64,000 bases of DNA, from IMG/VR virus record IMGVR_UViG_3300024270_000002; one strand, given 5' to 3'. This document shows positions 1 to 11,332 of this stretch, piece by piece. The notes below the pieces were generated by a model, which ran no database searches, was not told the origin of the DNA, and saw only the letters and a list, made by a program, of their open reading frames with translations. A program made the translations under genes and the position numbers. The first letter of the stretch is position 1. Each line of letters starts with the position of its first letter. This DNA is from a virus. Its lineage: Duplodnaviria > Caudoviricetes.

Positions 1-2
1 CG

Positions 3-1016
3 CCAAAAATAAAGTTAACTGAATGGTTAAGTAATAAAGGGTATGCTGAAGACGACATGGACGGACAGCTCGAGCGTATTCTCTGGGAAAAAGAGAATAA
101 TGAGCAGTATGCAAAAAATAAGTATAAATATACTTTTGAAACATTTACAACTAGCTTAGATAACCCTTATACATTAGCCTGCGCTTTTGCTTTTGACTAT
201 GAGCGCTCTTGGGTAACTCTGTACGGCACCGAAGCAGCTAAAGAAACTCTACGTAAAGAGCGTGGAGGAGCAGCAGAAGATTGGTATAGCTTTTTATCGC
301 CCTTTTCACCCAGCGCTGCAGTTGTAGAAGAAAAGTTTACTTTAGAGAACTTTAAATTAGATAGCATTACACCTACTGAGGTAGAGGCCTCATTTATAGT
401 TAGAAATGGTATTGATGGCATGTACGTGCTTTATGTTTATGATAAGTCTAATACCGAACTTCTGGAAGTACCTTTACAAATAAACTCAGATACTAGTAGG
501 CTGCAGGTTATTTCTTTTAAATGTAATAAAAAAATAATGCCAAATGCAGAGTATACCCTAAGAATACAAGCAGTGGGCAAAGTCGGTGAGAATATTTTAA
601 CTCGAAGTATTACTTTTATAACACCACAAAGTCTACCAGGCTCAGCCAAAGCTGTTAAGCTATCATGTGAAGATGAAGTAAAATCAATAAACAGTACTTT
701 TGAATTAAGCGTAGAAATGCCTACAGACTTAGGTTATTGGAGCAATAATAGCTGTGGTTATGAAAAGCTGTTAATTGTTAATAATGATATTGTAAAAACT
801 AACACTTCTAAAAATATAAAAAACATAGTAGCAGACGAATTTGTTATAAAAGAAGAGTTTGGCTATGACTGCCAAATGGGTGATACTGTACAAATCGGTA
901 TTCGTATTTGGACAACAGATAATAATGGTAAAAAGATTTATGATGCTTCGACAGCAAAAACTTCTGAAGTTATTTGTTTGCTAAATAATCCAATACAGGT
1001 TTATTTAAATAAATAG
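3..1016 (+). CDS. Tail protein (5'-truncated by window): end of phage-tail-lysozyme-like domain plus Ig/FN3-like C-terminus
   Basis: Frame open from base 3; QLERILWE...AFAFDYER...R...AEDWY resembles the C-terminal part of phage tail lysozyme domains; beta-rich C-terminus. Confidence 0.55.
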   Translation, partial: PKIKLTEWLSNKGYAEDDMDGQLERILWEKENNEQYAKNKYKYTFETFTTSLDNPYTLACAFAFDYERSWVTLYGTEAAKETLRKERGGAAEDWYSFLSPFSPSAAVVEEKFTLENFKLDSITPTEVEASFIVRNGIDGMYVLYVYDKSNTELLEVPLQINSDTSRLQVISFKCNKKIMPNAEYTLRIQAVGKVGENILTRSITFITPQSLPGSAKAVKLSCEDEVKSINSTFELSVEMPTDLGYWSNNSCGYEKLLIVNNDIVKTNTSKNIKNIVADEFVIKEEFGYDCQMGDTVQIGIRIWTTDNNGKKIYDASTAKTSEVICLLNNPIQVYLNK

Positions 1017-1017
1017 A

Positions 1018-1030
1018 TTTGCTAAATTAT
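1018..1030 (+). promoter_or_regulatory. Recurrent TT(T/A/C)GCTAAATT motif, putative phage late promoter (representative copy)
   Basis: GCTAAATT at 1021, 10679, 14410, 14812, 16399, 19148, 20534, 26862, 42569, 46720, 58665, 62966, all intergenic and upstream of genes. Confidence 0.7.
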
Positions 1031-1068
1031 ATAGTATAAAAATAAAATTTCTTTGAAAGGATTTTATT

Positions 1069-3186
1069 ATGGCAGAAAATTTACAAAAAACCATAAAAAT
1101 TGATGGTGAAGAATTTAACATAAATGCTGTATACAGTGACACCGCTGCAAAAGTTCAACATAATTTGGTAATAAAAGAGTCTTTATCTAACAGAACTACA
1201 GAGAGTTCTTTTAATGGCAATGAAGATAAAACAATAAATTATGTACCAGCAGATAAAGGTGGAATGTTTAAGAAGCCAATTTATCTTTCAGAGCCATCAA
1301 GACAGCCAACAACTAATGAAATAATCACCTCTGGGCAGGTGGACAACCGAGTTTATAACCTAAACGGAACACCTGTATGTACTTGGGATCCTAGTAGTAG
1401 CTATAGATTTTACGAAGTCAAAAATTCAGAGGACCAGATTGAGAAGCTAACAACTATTATAGGAACGTTTGAAGACTTCGAGGACCTGAAGTATATTGCT
1501 AAACCAGTGAGCGTTGGTTTACAATTTGGTAAAAATAGCTCTGGTGATATACAGCTGGAGGGTATTGGAGAATGTACAGACACAGATATAGTAATTCCTG
1601 ATTTTGTTGAATTTGGAGGCACTCTTCAGCCGGTTAAGCGCATTATAAGTAATGCCTTTAATCCTGATAATGCTGCAAATACAAGTAAAAAAGATGTAAT
1701 TAATTCTATAAAAAGTATAGTTATCCCATGTGGTGTTGAAAGCATCAGTGAAAGTGCTTTTAGATACTGTGAAAAATTAACGTACATTATAGTACCTGAT
1801 AGTGTAAAAACGATAGCCGGTTATGCGTTTGCAGAGTGCCCAGCACTTAAGACTGTGAGGCTCTGCTATGGCCTAGAGTCTATAGGAGAAAATGCTTTTT
1901 ATAAGTGTCTGAGTCTAGAAAACATTAGTATTCCAAGTAGCGTAAAATCTATTGGACGCCAAGCTTTTTGGCAGTGCGAGAAGCTTAAAGTTATAGCACT
2001 TCCTGAAGGTATGACAACGCCAGACCCTGCAGCAGCTAATGTTGCTTTGCAAGCAATTGGCACTGCTACTTTCGCTGAGTGCTTGGAGTTGCAGGCTGTA
2101 TATATTCCAGCAAATATTACTGCCATTGGATATAACACTTTTAATATTTGCTCTAAGTTGAAATCTATTATTTTTGGTGGCACAGCTGACCAATGGCGAG
2201 CTATCACTAAGGACAGTAACTGGATTACAAATGATAATAATAAGTATTGTGTTTATTGTTCAGATTTTTACCTAACTGAAGCTGATAATAAATATTCATA
2301 TACTCAGCCTAATAGTGTGATAACACACTATGTTGTGCCGCCCACATCTAGCTCACTCAATACCGGTGTACTTAACAGTTATACAAATTTAGTTAGTATT
2401 ACAATTCCAAGTAGTGTAAAAACTGTTGAACCTAATGTTTTTACTAACATTACAAAGTTAGCTACTGTGTTCTATAAAGGCAGTAGAGCTGACTGGAATA
2501 ATATTAATATTGCAAGCGGCAACGATTACCTACTAAAAGCAAAGTTAGTAACACTGACAGACTCTAATATAAGAGGAACACTTAATACTACAGACATTGT
2601 TAAAGGCCCTTTTATGTATATTTGCAAAGATACTGAGTCAGCAAGCTCGCCCGCATCTAATAAGATGTTTTTAAAGCTACCTGGTTATGATGAGATTATC
2701 GAAATTTCTAAAGGAGCTGCTCGTTTAGAAAGCACTGAAAGTGCAGTAGTACAAGGTTATTATACTTATGAGACTTTGGCGGCGATTATAGCCGGTATTA
2801 ATACGCGATTAGAAGGCTTAGGTGGAGGCATTCTGAAACTTCCAACCACGCTTCCAGCAACAAATTCTGTAATTATACCAGATGGTTTACACGCAACAGT
2901 TTTAGATGATACTTTTAAAACAGACGCTATACCTACTATACAGGATCTTAGTGAACTTATTAGTGGCCTTAGAGATGACCTTGAAGATCTAGCTGGCGAA
3001 GTTGACTATGAATTAAACGGTGAAGCTATTGCCGCAGGTCTTAATAGCCGACTAGACTATATAGAGCGTGCTTTTAATTACCATGATAATACGATTACTT
3101 TAGATGGCGAAACCATGACTGCAAAACAATTTAAAAAACTACTTCATTTTATAGATTCTATAGCGGATGAATACGTTGAAGAATAA
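1069..3186 (+). CDS. BspA-type leucine-rich-repeat (LRR_5) tail/adhesin protein
   Basis: Repeats of IxIPxSVKxIGxxAFxxCxxL; SD-like aagga upstream. Confidence 0.8.
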   Translation: MAENLQKTIKIDGEEFNINAVYSDTAAKVQHNLVIKESLSNRTTESSFNGNEDKTINYVPADKGGMFKKPIYLSEPSRQPTTNEIITSGQVDNRVYNLNGTPVCTWDPSSSYRFYEVKNSEDQIEKLTTIIGTFEDFEDLKYIAKPVSVGLQFGKNSSGDIQLEGIGECTDTDIVIPDFVEFGGTLQPVKRIISNAFNPDNAANTSKKDVINSIKSIVIPCGVESISESAFRYCEKLTYIIVPDSVKTIAGYAFAECPALKTVRLCYGLESIGENAFYKCLSLENISIPSSVKSIGRQAFWQCEKLKVIALPEGMTTPDPAAANVALQAIGTATFAECLELQAVYIPANITAIGYNTFNICSKLKSIIFGGTADQWRAITKDSNWITNDNNKYCVYCSDFYLTEADNKYSYTQPNSVITHYVVPPTSSSLNTGVLNSYTNLVSITIPSSVKTVEPNVFTNITKLATVFYKGSRADWNNINIASGNDYLLKAKLVTLTDSNIRGTLNTTDIVKGPFMYICKDTESASSPASNKMFLKLPGYDEIIEISKGAARLESTESAVVQGYYTYETLAAIIAGINTRLEGLGGGILKLPTTLPATNSVIIPDGLHATVLDDTFKTDAIPTIQDLSELISGLRDDLEDLAGEVDYELNGEAIAAGLNSRLDYIERAFNYHDNTITLDGETMTAKQFKKLLHFIDSIADEYVEE

Positions 3187-3197
3187 GGAAGTGTAAT

Positions 3198-3575
3198 ATG
3201 TCTAACAGAATAATTAAATTTAACCGAGGTGACTCATACGAGTTTAATATTAGGATTCCTGATAAGTCAGATCGTACTAAAAATTATATCTTACATGAGG
3301 ATACCGATGTAGTTTATTTTGCAATAATGTTTCCACATCAGTCATTTGAGCATGCTTTTTTAATACAAGGATATACCTTAGAAGACCAAGATCCAGCAAC
3401 GGGCGAAATTACTATTAAGTTAGTACCAAAAGACACAAGAAGTATTATGCCTGGCGTTTACTATTATACCGTTAAACTACAAATAGGTGGAACACCTGGT
3501 ATCATTAATGACTTTGACGAGCCGGACGAAGTAAGAACAATAATAGAAAGAACAAAATTTATTATATATGACTAA
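3198..3575 (+). CDS. Virion structural protein, BppU-like
   Basis: RGDS...I.L.P.DT...PG.YYY.V.L pattern; follows tail genes. Confidence 0.5.
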   Translation: MSNRIIKFNRGDSYEFNIRIPDKSDRTKNYILHEDTDVVYFAIMFPHQSFEHAFLIQGYTLEDQDPATGEITIKLVPKDTRSIMPGVYYYTVKLQIGGTPGIINDFDEPDEVRTIIERTKFIIYD

Positions 3576-3663
3576 ATTTCAAAAGTTTTTATTGTATATA
3601 ATAAATATATTTATTAATTAATAAAGTATATTATATATTATTAAATATATTATATATTTATTT

Positions 3664-3700
3664 AAGGACGTAAGAATTTAACTTGCGTCCTTTTCTTTTT
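3664..3700 (+). terminator. Rho-independent terminator
   Basis: aaggacgtaag/cttgcgtcctt hairpin plus T-tract. Confidence 0.8.
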
Positions 3701-3809
3701 CTTAAAAATGTTTTTGAGATGCTGCCAAAATATTCTAAACGACATTGTATTATATAGTAAGCTGTAAATTACAGACTCAAAAATATTAAATTTTTTAGGA
3801 GAAATTATT

Positions 3810-6800
3810 ATGAGAAATTATGAGACAAAGATTTATGACTATGTAGACAAGAAGACTGGTGCTCACATTGTAAAGGCTACTACGATGTACGCCGGTAAGA
3901 CTGTTAGTGCTTATTCTAAGTGTGATCCGAAGGATAATTTTGATCTTAAGTTTGGTACTGACGTAGCTCTTAAGCGTCTTGACATTAAGATTGCTCAGAA
4001 GCGTGCAGCAAGTATGACTACTTATGCAAAGTTTTGTAAAATGAATCTCAAATCTATTGAGCAAGAAAAACGCCGCACAAAGAAAGCTATGGAAAGAGCT
4101 GAGATTGCCGCTCTTGACCGTAAGGCGGAAGCAAAGGAACTCGAGGCAGAACTTGCTGAGATGCTTAATAATATTTAAATATGGAAGAAAAGAAGTTTAT
4201 AGGACGTATTTGCCCAAAATGCGGTGCACTATATACTGAACATCAGATTGCTAAAGCGCATCTTGCCTCCGGAGCACAGGTAAATATGTCTTGTGAAAAT
4301 GGACACAAGTGGTCTGAATTCTATAATCTTGATTATCAAGGTTATTGGTGGGATGGAAAAATGTACGATTCATATGGAGAGGAAAAGAAAAAGGAGGATT
4401 AAGCTATGATTCTTAGAATTACTGTTGGTGACAATGACTTTACGGAAGAGCTGGAGCAGTTTGCAAACGACCCTGATGGCTGTGCTTATTTGTTGAAGGC
4501 TTGTGCACCAGATAACATCAGACTTACACAAGACGAAAAGCTTGTTCTTTTTAAAGAGGCTGATCGTTTCAGAGACTTATTTTATAATACGGATAAGTAT
4601 ACTCCCGCTCTTGCTGGTGAGCTTTGTGAGAGAGTAAGAGAAAATTGGGAAAACTTCGTAAACTACGTTATGAAGGACCATGAGTGGTGGACTGACGAAG
4701 ATAAAATTAGAATTAGAGAGTATCTTATCAGAGATTTTAAGGTAAAATTTCAGAAGAGCCTTACCCCGAAGTGGGAAAATGGAGAAGTAGTTTATATCTG
4801 TTGTGGTTATCATAACAAACAGTGGACGTTTTAAGGAGAACCTTATGAGCTGTAGATTTTGTGAGAATAACAGAACAAATCCTGAATGGGAACTCTCTGA
4901 AGAGCAATGCTTTTATGCAATGACTATCGGTGATGCTGAAAAGGGTTATCGTATTATGTTTAATAAGGAACCCTACAGACCACTTGAAATTGAATTTGAC
5001 AAGTGGAATGAGAAGCTTCATCCGCCTATTTGGCAAACTATGGGAGTTTATTATCCAAAGTTTTGCCCTGAGTGTGGACGTAAAATCGATGAATATGATA
5101 GGAGTAAATTTGACTGATGAGTATTAACACGGATAGCTTAAGTGCCTTTATTGAGGACCGTCTTTCTTGGGAACTTTCTGCTTTTGATGATATTAATGTA
5201 GGAGGCCTTGCAGAAGATATTGCTTATGACCTTAAGAGTCATGGTTATTGTTCTGAGCCTTATTTCGCTTATGAAAAAGCTCTCCAATGTTCTATTAATA
5301 AACGAGGCGAAAAGTATTGCAGCTGTACAAGTTGTGAAAGTCATGAATTTTGTATGCTTTTAAGAAAAGAGGGGTATATTCATGGAACGAATTGAAGTGC
5401 CTGCAACGATTTATTGGAAGTCTAAGCATGGAAAGAAGTTTACTTCCAAAGAGGATTGTGAAAAGTATGAACGGCTTTTCGATAAGTGGCAGGTTCCTGA
5501 GCTTTATCGCGAATTTGAGAATGTAGAAGGTCAGCTTTGTTACGCTTATTGGATTGTGTCGAAAGAAGAGCTTGATGAAGTTATTTGGCTTACGTGGCGG
5601 AGACTTGATACTTCCACTTGTAATTATGTTTCTGTAGATAACAGAATATTGGAGCCACAGTGGATTATTGTCTGTCCTGGATACAATGAATACAGTTCTG
5701 AGATGGCTATAAGAACTATGAAGGATTTTCGTGAAGAAATTGATGATATAATCAAGGCTGCGATTGAGACAAATGAAGCACTTGCTAAGCTTATTTGGGA
5801 GAAAGCTTAATATGGAAGTAAATAATGTACTTATCAAAGCAATTAAAGAAAAACGCTTGGCTGATTTTAAACAGCAGCTTGATGAAATTTATAATTATGT
5901 AGCTCGTACTGAGGAAACTGCTGACAAAGCATTAGCAACAGTACGAGATTGGAATAAAGATTCTGAGATTCAGAAATTACAGAAAGAGCTTCGTGAGCTT
6001 AGATCTAAGATCTATGATGACTTTACTTTGACCACCGATGAGCATGCTGAAATTATTGATTGGCAAAATAAGCATATGGAAGCTAAACATAAAAACAAAC
6101 GATATGTTCCTTGGTCTTTTGAGTTTACACCAACAGGACTTGGTCTGGTTGGTTGTTGTAAATGTAATGAGTGCAATGAAGAATTTATGTTTAGGGAGCC
6201 TTGATTATGTTTAAACTTGGAGAGATTATTCCTAGTGAAGGTCCTAAGGGTACTGAATATTACATTGTAGTAGAAGATGGACATAGACCTTTGCTCGAGC
6301 TACTTGATGATTATATCATGCGCTGTCGTACGGTACCTTATGAAGGTGAGTATTGTACGTTAAGAGAAATTGTAGAGCGCGAAAAACAAAGAATAATTAG
6401 TAAAGGATATATAAATGTTTAAAAGTATTAGATTTTGGTTTACTGATAGATCTAAACATAAGCAGTGGAAGCGATATGCGAAGCGGCAGAAGGCATATCG
6501 TAGGAAGCTCGTAAAGCAGGCTAAAGAATTTTGTCCTTGGTCAGGCTGGTATATGCATGAGATGATGAAGACTATGCTTGAGTTTTATAATAAAACTTAT
6601 GAAGCAGGTGATTGTTGTCATAGTACTGAAGAGCGAGTAAAAAAGATTGCTGCTCAAACAAGAAAAGCTTTAGAATACGCTGAAGACCTTGATACTTATG
6701 AAGATTTGAGCGAGGAAGAGCTTCTTGCTATGGCTGAGAAGGAATACGGTTTTAGAAAGTACGTAGAAAAATGGGAAAAGAAGACTGGGATCAAGGCTAA

Positions 6801-7464
6801 TCCTAAGCTTATGTATGGAATTGCTTATGATTATTACGAGAAAAAATACACTGAGGCATTGTATAATATTATAGGAAAACATATTTGGGAGTGGTGTGAC
6901 TAGTGGAATATAACCGTGTATATCCTTTTACTAAAGAAGAGCTTGAAAAACTTGGTGTAAATTTTAAACTCTGGGAATTATGTAAGTATCAGCAGAATAT
7001 TATCGATAAGTATAAAGAATATATTGAAAAGCAGATTCATCAGAAAATTACCGAGGAAACATTTAAGCAGCCCCGCATAGACTTTAATCAGTATTCTGTT
7101 TTTCGACATATTACAATTCCTGAGACTCGTATGGTAGCTTGCTGTGACCCATGGGTACATAAAAATTGGGAGATTCTTCAGGCTGAAAATCCTGTGATTA
7201 CGCCTGAATATTTCATTAGCCTAGCTTATCGTGAGATGGAGGAAAATAAAAATGCTGATTCCGATTAAAACTTATTATGCCGGCGGAAGTCCTGAAAAGC
7301 AGGACCTTATTGATGCAAAACAGATGTGTATTGATGAAAATTGTGTAGTAGAGCTTCGTTGGTACCCTAGCTGCTATGCTGGCTGGTATCATATTTATAT
7401 TATTAAGGACTCTGATATTGATAAAATGTATGAAGAACAGATTCCTAAGGTTTATGGGTGGTGA
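3810..7464 (+). other. Run of 12 small, tightly packed hypothetical phage genes (starts 3810, 4181, 4406, ~4845, 5117, 5382, ~5812, 6201, 6415, 6903, ~7252), several with CxxC zinc ribbons
   Basis: Abutting or overlapping + ORFs with SD sequences; no recognisable function. Confidence 0.7.
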
Positions 7465-7468
7465 TTAA

Positions 7469-8398
7469 ATGGCAAAGTTAATTATTTTATGTGGGCTTCC
7501 TGGTTCCGGAAAAAGTTATTATGCTGAGCATTTCAAGCTTATAGATGATACTTTTTATGACGGTGCTACAGTTATTCATTCATCTGATAATATCAGAGAG
7601 GAGCTTTTTGGTGACGCAGGCTCTCAGGAAGATAATGGTAGAGTATTTGAGCTTATGCGTAAGAGAACTCAAGAAGACCTTAGAGCCGGCAAGACTGTAA
7701 TTTATGATGCTACTAACGTTACCAGAAAGGCTCGTAAGTCTGCTATTGCTTGTGCTCATCCTACTAATGATACTATAGAGTGTCATGTAGTATGGGCAGA
7801 TCCTGAGGAGTGTATCCGTCGTGACGGCCTACGAGACCGTAAAGTAGGTCCTGCAGTAATTGATAAGATGCTTCGTCGCTGGCAGAGTCCTTGGCTTGAT
7901 GAAGGCTTTGATAAAGTTGAAATTCATCTAAATCAGCACGATTTTGACCAGGTTAGATATGTTGCTAGCATGACTTCTGATATGCATATTCCTCATAATA
8001 ACCCTCATCACAAGCTTGGAGTATGGGAACATTGTATGCAGGCTTATAATAATATTGTAGTAAAGCATAAGGATACTAAGCATATTTTTAATTCATTGGC
8101 TGCTGCAGCTTTTTGGCATGATATTGGAAAGCCTTATACTAAGTTTTTCAAGCATGGTGAGGATATTGCTCACTATTATGACCATCACTGCGTTGGAGGC
8201 TACCTAGCTTATGGCTTGTTTTTGAATCCTGATCATCACTTACTGCGTGATGTGGAGATGGACAATATTTGCTTTATTAGCTGGATGATAGCTAACCATA
8301 TGGAACCTTTCTTTGATTCTAATTACTATAGAGACCTTAATCCCAAGTGGAAGTGGTATATCGACGCTATCCACGAGGCAGATCTTGCTGCGCATTAA
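7469..8398 (+). CDS. Polynucleotide kinase (AAA_33 P-loop) fused to HD phosphohydrolase; RNA end-healing enzyme
   Basis: GLPGSGKS, SSDNIREEL, YDATN; HD domain HH...EH...HDIGKP...H...H...D. Confidence 0.85.
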   Translation: MAKLIILCGLPGSGKSYYAEHFKLIDDTFYDGATVIHSSDNIREELFGDAGSQEDNGRVFELMRKRTQEDLRAGKTVIYDATNVTRKARKSAIACAHPTNDTIECHVVWADPEECIRRDGLRDRKVGPAVIDKMLRRWQSPWLDEGFDKVEIHLNQHDFDQVRYVASMTSDMHIPHNNPHHKLGVWEHCMQAYNNIVVKHKDTKHIFNSLAAAAFWHDIGKPYTKFFKHGEDIAHYYDHHCVGGYLAYGLFLNPDHHLLRDVEMDNICFISWMIANHMEPFFDSNYYRDLNPKWKWYIDAIHEADLAAH

Positions 8399-8478
8399 AA
8401 ATAATTTAAAAAATAATTAAAAATTAAAATTTTATATCGTATGATATAATGTGAGTGAAAACGCGTATCACTTACTCA

Positions 8479-8534
8479 GAGCCTATACTTATTTCTCAAC
8501 ATATTCTGGAAAAATATTTTTTGACAGTTAGGCC
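8479..8534 (+). ncRNA. Bulged-helix Y-RNA-like motif, copy 1
   Basis: GAGCCTATACTTATTTCT...AGTTAGGCC immediately upstream of the TerD-domain gene. Confidence 0.7.
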
Positions 8535-8629
8535 AAAATAAAGAAACTACTTATTTAAGCGGTGGCTTGTTTTGGTGTATTTATTATCAAAAAGCTATCG
8601 CTAATTTTATTTTATCGGAGGTATTTACC

Positions 8630-10612
8630 ATGACTGAACTTCAGAACATTCTTATTGCTCGTCGTATGCTCGTAGCATCTGATTATAAGGATGCTTATAA
8701 CCCTAATCTCAAGATTGAGAAGGCATATATTAATGCTTTCCTTCTTTCCAACTTCGGTATCGTTGTAGATAAGCCTGAGCTCCTTACTAAGGAGATGGTA
8801 AAGGATATCTCCGATATCTATAAGCTTGAGGTTCCTGCTTCTTATTTCAAGAATCCTCAGGACACCCGCTTCTATACTGCTGAGGAGCTTCTCGTTGAGC
8901 AGTGCGTATCGTATTTCCTTGCTTACGGTGCCGAGGATTCTCATGTTCATGTATTTGATAAGGAGCTTCCTTCTTATCCTGTAGGTGATGAGATCAAGAT
9001 CCGTGAGTTCCGTATCCTTAGCTCAGACGAGGCTCTCGCAGAGCTTTTGGCTATCACTAAGGCTTACGCCGCTTATAAGCGTCCTTGGGGCCTGGACGAG
9101 ATCAATGAGTTCCTTACTCTTTATACTAAGGGCTTCTATCGCTTCACTGAGATGCCTATTCTCTGTGGTGATAATGCTGTAACTATGCTTGATCATAATA
9201 CTGATTTCGGTCAGTTCTTGTTCAAGAAGGACGTAGTAAAGCTTTCTGTAGCCAAGGCAGGCGAGAAGAAGGAGCTTACTCTTGACCCTGAAACCCGTAG
9301 ACTTATTAAGGCTATTCTCCCTCTCGTGAAGGATTGTCCTATGTCTAAGAAGCAGGCGAAGTATTTCAATAAGCTCGTCCAGATCACTGGCGTGAACGTA
9401 AAGAAGACTTCTAATGCTTGTTCACCTAACAAGCTCGCTCTCGAGGAGCTTAATGCTGGTAATGTTCTTGACGCCGCTGAGATTTTCGCTAAGTCTGGCT
9501 CTCTTCTTGAGCGTAACCTCAAGTTCCTTCTCTCCAGAGCTAATCCCGTTGAGGCAGTAAAGATTCTCGATATGCTCTCTGACCAGAACCCCACTGTTCT
9601 TTATCAGCTCATGTCTACTATCACTGCAGATACTGAGGATGCTCGTACCTTCTCCTTCTATGCTAAGAACAAGATCAAGACTCACGTTGAGACTGAGTAC
9701 GAGGCACGCTATAGAAAGTCTCGCCTTAATGACGCAACCAAGAAGCTCGTCCATGACGTATGCTTTAATAAGATTGCAGGTCATTATCAGGCAGCTGAGA
9801 AGCTTGGAAAGGTTTACATCGATCCTAAGTTCTATCGTGTTGCAATGCCCGTAAATACCTCTGCTTCTGGTAAGGGTATTGATGTTCCTGCCACTGGTAC
9901 TCGTCTGCCTATTACCGGTACTAAGATTCGTTCTTTTGTACACTGGGAGAAGGCGTTCGATATTGACTCTTCTATTGTTCTCGAGCATGAGGACGGTAAG
10001 CTTAATACCATCAACTTCTGCAGCTACCACGACAGAAACTACAATGGCGCTGCTCGTTTTTCTGGTGATATTACTGGTCCTCAGGGAACTGAGTACTTCG
10101 ACCTTGATCTTGAGTCTCTCAAGAACCAGGGTGTGAAGAGAGTAGTATTTACCTTCCACGGTTATTGTTCTACTCTTAACTCTGGTGAAATCTACTGTGG
10201 CTACCAGAACAAGAAGGACTTCAATACCAAGGCTTGGGATCCTAAGAATATTGAGCTTAAGATCCATGTTAAGGGTGAGAAGCGTGCCTATGTGGCGTTT
10301 GCTGTCGACCTCGAGACTATGGAGATTGTAGTACTCAACCTTATGCGTGATGATGACTCTCGAGTTGTTTCTGCTAAGGACTTTGAGTCTATCAAGGCCT
10401 TCATGGATCCTGCAAAGCTTGAGCTCAATATGGGTCTCATTGCTGAGTGGCTTGCGACCGAGGTAGTAGAGAATCCTACTGAGGCAGACTATGTGTTTGC
10501 AGATGATTATACTACTCCTATTAACCTTCAGGATGAGAACGGCGAGCCTAAGGTTCAGACCGTAATCAGATCCTTCGACGTCGAAAAGCTTAACGAGATT
10601 GCAAACGTTTAA
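8630..10612 (+). CDS. Large protein with helical N-terminus and C-terminal TerD-like domain (putative ROT/TROVE-TerD, Ro60-like)
   Basis: C-terminal DIDSS...FSGDITG...EYFDLDL...VVFTFHGY is TerD-like; SGSLLERNLKFLL resembles the PGxfxRxLdxLLR motif of this family; SD ggagg at 8617; strongly biased codon usage. Confidence 0.6.
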   Translation: MTELQNILIARRMLVASDYKDAYNPNLKIEKAYINAFLLSNFGIVVDKPELLTKEMVKDISDIYKLEVPASYFKNPQDTRFYTAEELLVEQCVSYFLAYGAEDSHVHVFDKELPSYPVGDEIKIREFRILSSDEALAELLAITKAYAAYKRPWGLDEINEFLTLYTKGFYRFTEMPILCGDNAVTMLDHNTDFGQFLFKKDVVKLSVAKAGEKKELTLDPETRRLIKAILPLVKDCPMSKKQAKYFNKLVQITGVNVKKTSNACSPNKLALEELNAGNVLDAAEIFAKSGSLLERNLKFLLSRANPVEAVKILDMLSDQNPTVLYQLMSTITADTEDARTFSFYAKNKIKTHVETEYEARYRKSRLNDATKKLVHDVCFNKIAGHYQAAEKLGKVYIDPKFYRVAMPVNTSASGKGIDVPATGTRLPITGTKIRSFVHWEKAFDIDSSIVLEHEDGKLNTINFCSYHDRNYNGAARFSGDITGPQGTEYFDLDLESLKNQGVKRVVFTFHGYCSTLNSGEIYCGYQNKKDFNTKAWDPKNIELKIHVKGEKRAYVAFAVDLETMEIVVLNLMRDDDSRVVSAKDFESIKAFMDPAKLELNMGLIAEWLATEVVENPTEADYVFADDYTTPINLQDENGEPKVQTVIRSFDVEKLNEIANV

Positions 10613-10618
10613 AAATAT

Positions 10619-10652
10619 ATTGGGCGTTAATATCACAATTAATGCCCAATAA
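10619..10652 (+). terminator. Terminator-like hairpin
   Basis: attgggcgttaat/attaatgcccaat. Confidence 0.6.
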
Positions 10653-10746
10653 AAATTTATTAATTTAATAAATTATTAGCTAAATTTTATATAATTATGT
10701 TGTATAATAAATTATAAGTAAAAATATTACAAAGGTGGTAAGTAAG

Positions 10747-10899
10747 ATGGATAAGTTTGTTGAAGAGATTACTAGAGATTGCTTTCTTGAGGATATTAAC
10801 CGTAGATATAATAAAGAAACGGTTGATACTATTATTGAGGCAGTAGAGCATCCTGATACCTTACATAAGCTTACTTCTTGGGAGGAGCTTGGGCTGTGA
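10747..10899 (+). CDS. Short antitoxin (DinJ/RelB C-terminus-like, 50 aa)
   Basis: MDKFVEEITRDCFLEDINRRYNKETVDTIIEAVEHPDTLHKLTSWEELGL; GTGA overlap with toxin start; not in ORF track. Confidence 0.55.
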   Translation: MDKFVEEITRDCFLEDINRRYNKETVDTIIEAVEHPDTLHKLTSWEELGL

Positions 10900-11192
10900 G
10901 AGAGATTTTATACACCAGTACTTTTTCTAAAGATTTAAGAAAGGTTAAGAGCTACCCTGCATTTAAAGCAGATAAGCTAAAGTCTTTTGTAAATAAGCTC
11001 GCAAATGGCGAGGCTCTTCCTGATTCTGCGAAGAATCATCCTTTGAGCAAAGTAAGCCCTAAGCATTATCGCGGAATGTATGATTTTCATATAGCTCCTG
11101 ATATTGTAGTAGTCTATAAGATGGATGATACAAGTATTTCTTTGATTAGGATTGGTAAGCATAACAATTTGGGTTTAACAGAAGATATTTAA
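10896..11192 (+). CDS. RelE/YafQ-family mRNA interferase toxin
   Basis: TSTFSKDLRK...LANGEALP...NHPL...DFHIAPDIVVVY...LIRIGKH; GTG start after ggagg. Confidence 0.85.
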   Translation: MREILYTSTFSKDLRKVKSYPAFKADKLKSFVNKLANGEALPDSAKNHPLSKVSPKHYRGMYDFHIAPDIVVVYKMDDTSISLIRIGKHNNLGLTEDI

Positions 11193-11228
11193 AAAAATTT
11201 CTAAAATAACCAAAATTTAATAAATTTA

Positions 11229-11244
11229 TATTGTATAATATAAT
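11229..11244 (+). promoter_or_regulatory. Recurrent TTGTATAATATA extended -10-like promoter (representative copy)
   Basis: Near-identical copies at about 3590, 11229, 18064, 22373, 23259, 25091, 26469, 27272, 29125, 31372, 35116, 40325, 41837, 46394, 59473. Confidence 0.75.
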
Positions 11245-11248
11245 ACAA

Positions 11249-11309
11249 GAGCCAATGCTTATTTCTGCTGCATAAGCACCAAACTTTTAATTTGTGATTT
11301 AGCTTGGCC
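11249..11309 (+). ncRNA. Bulged-helix Y-RNA-like motif, copy 2
   Basis: GAGCCAATGCTTATTTCT...AGCTTGGCC just after a TATTGTATAATATA promoter. Confidence 0.7.
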
Positions 11310-11332
11310 ATAGTTTAGTTTTATGTTATACT

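Noticed and set aside
1069-3186. Diversity-generating retroelement target in the LRR protein
   Set aside because: No reverse transcriptase or template repeat seen in the window
9422-10636. 404-aa minus-strand ORF (also 62972..63817 and other minus ORFs)
   Set aside because: Antisense shadows of strongly codon-biased + genes; no SD or recognisable motifs
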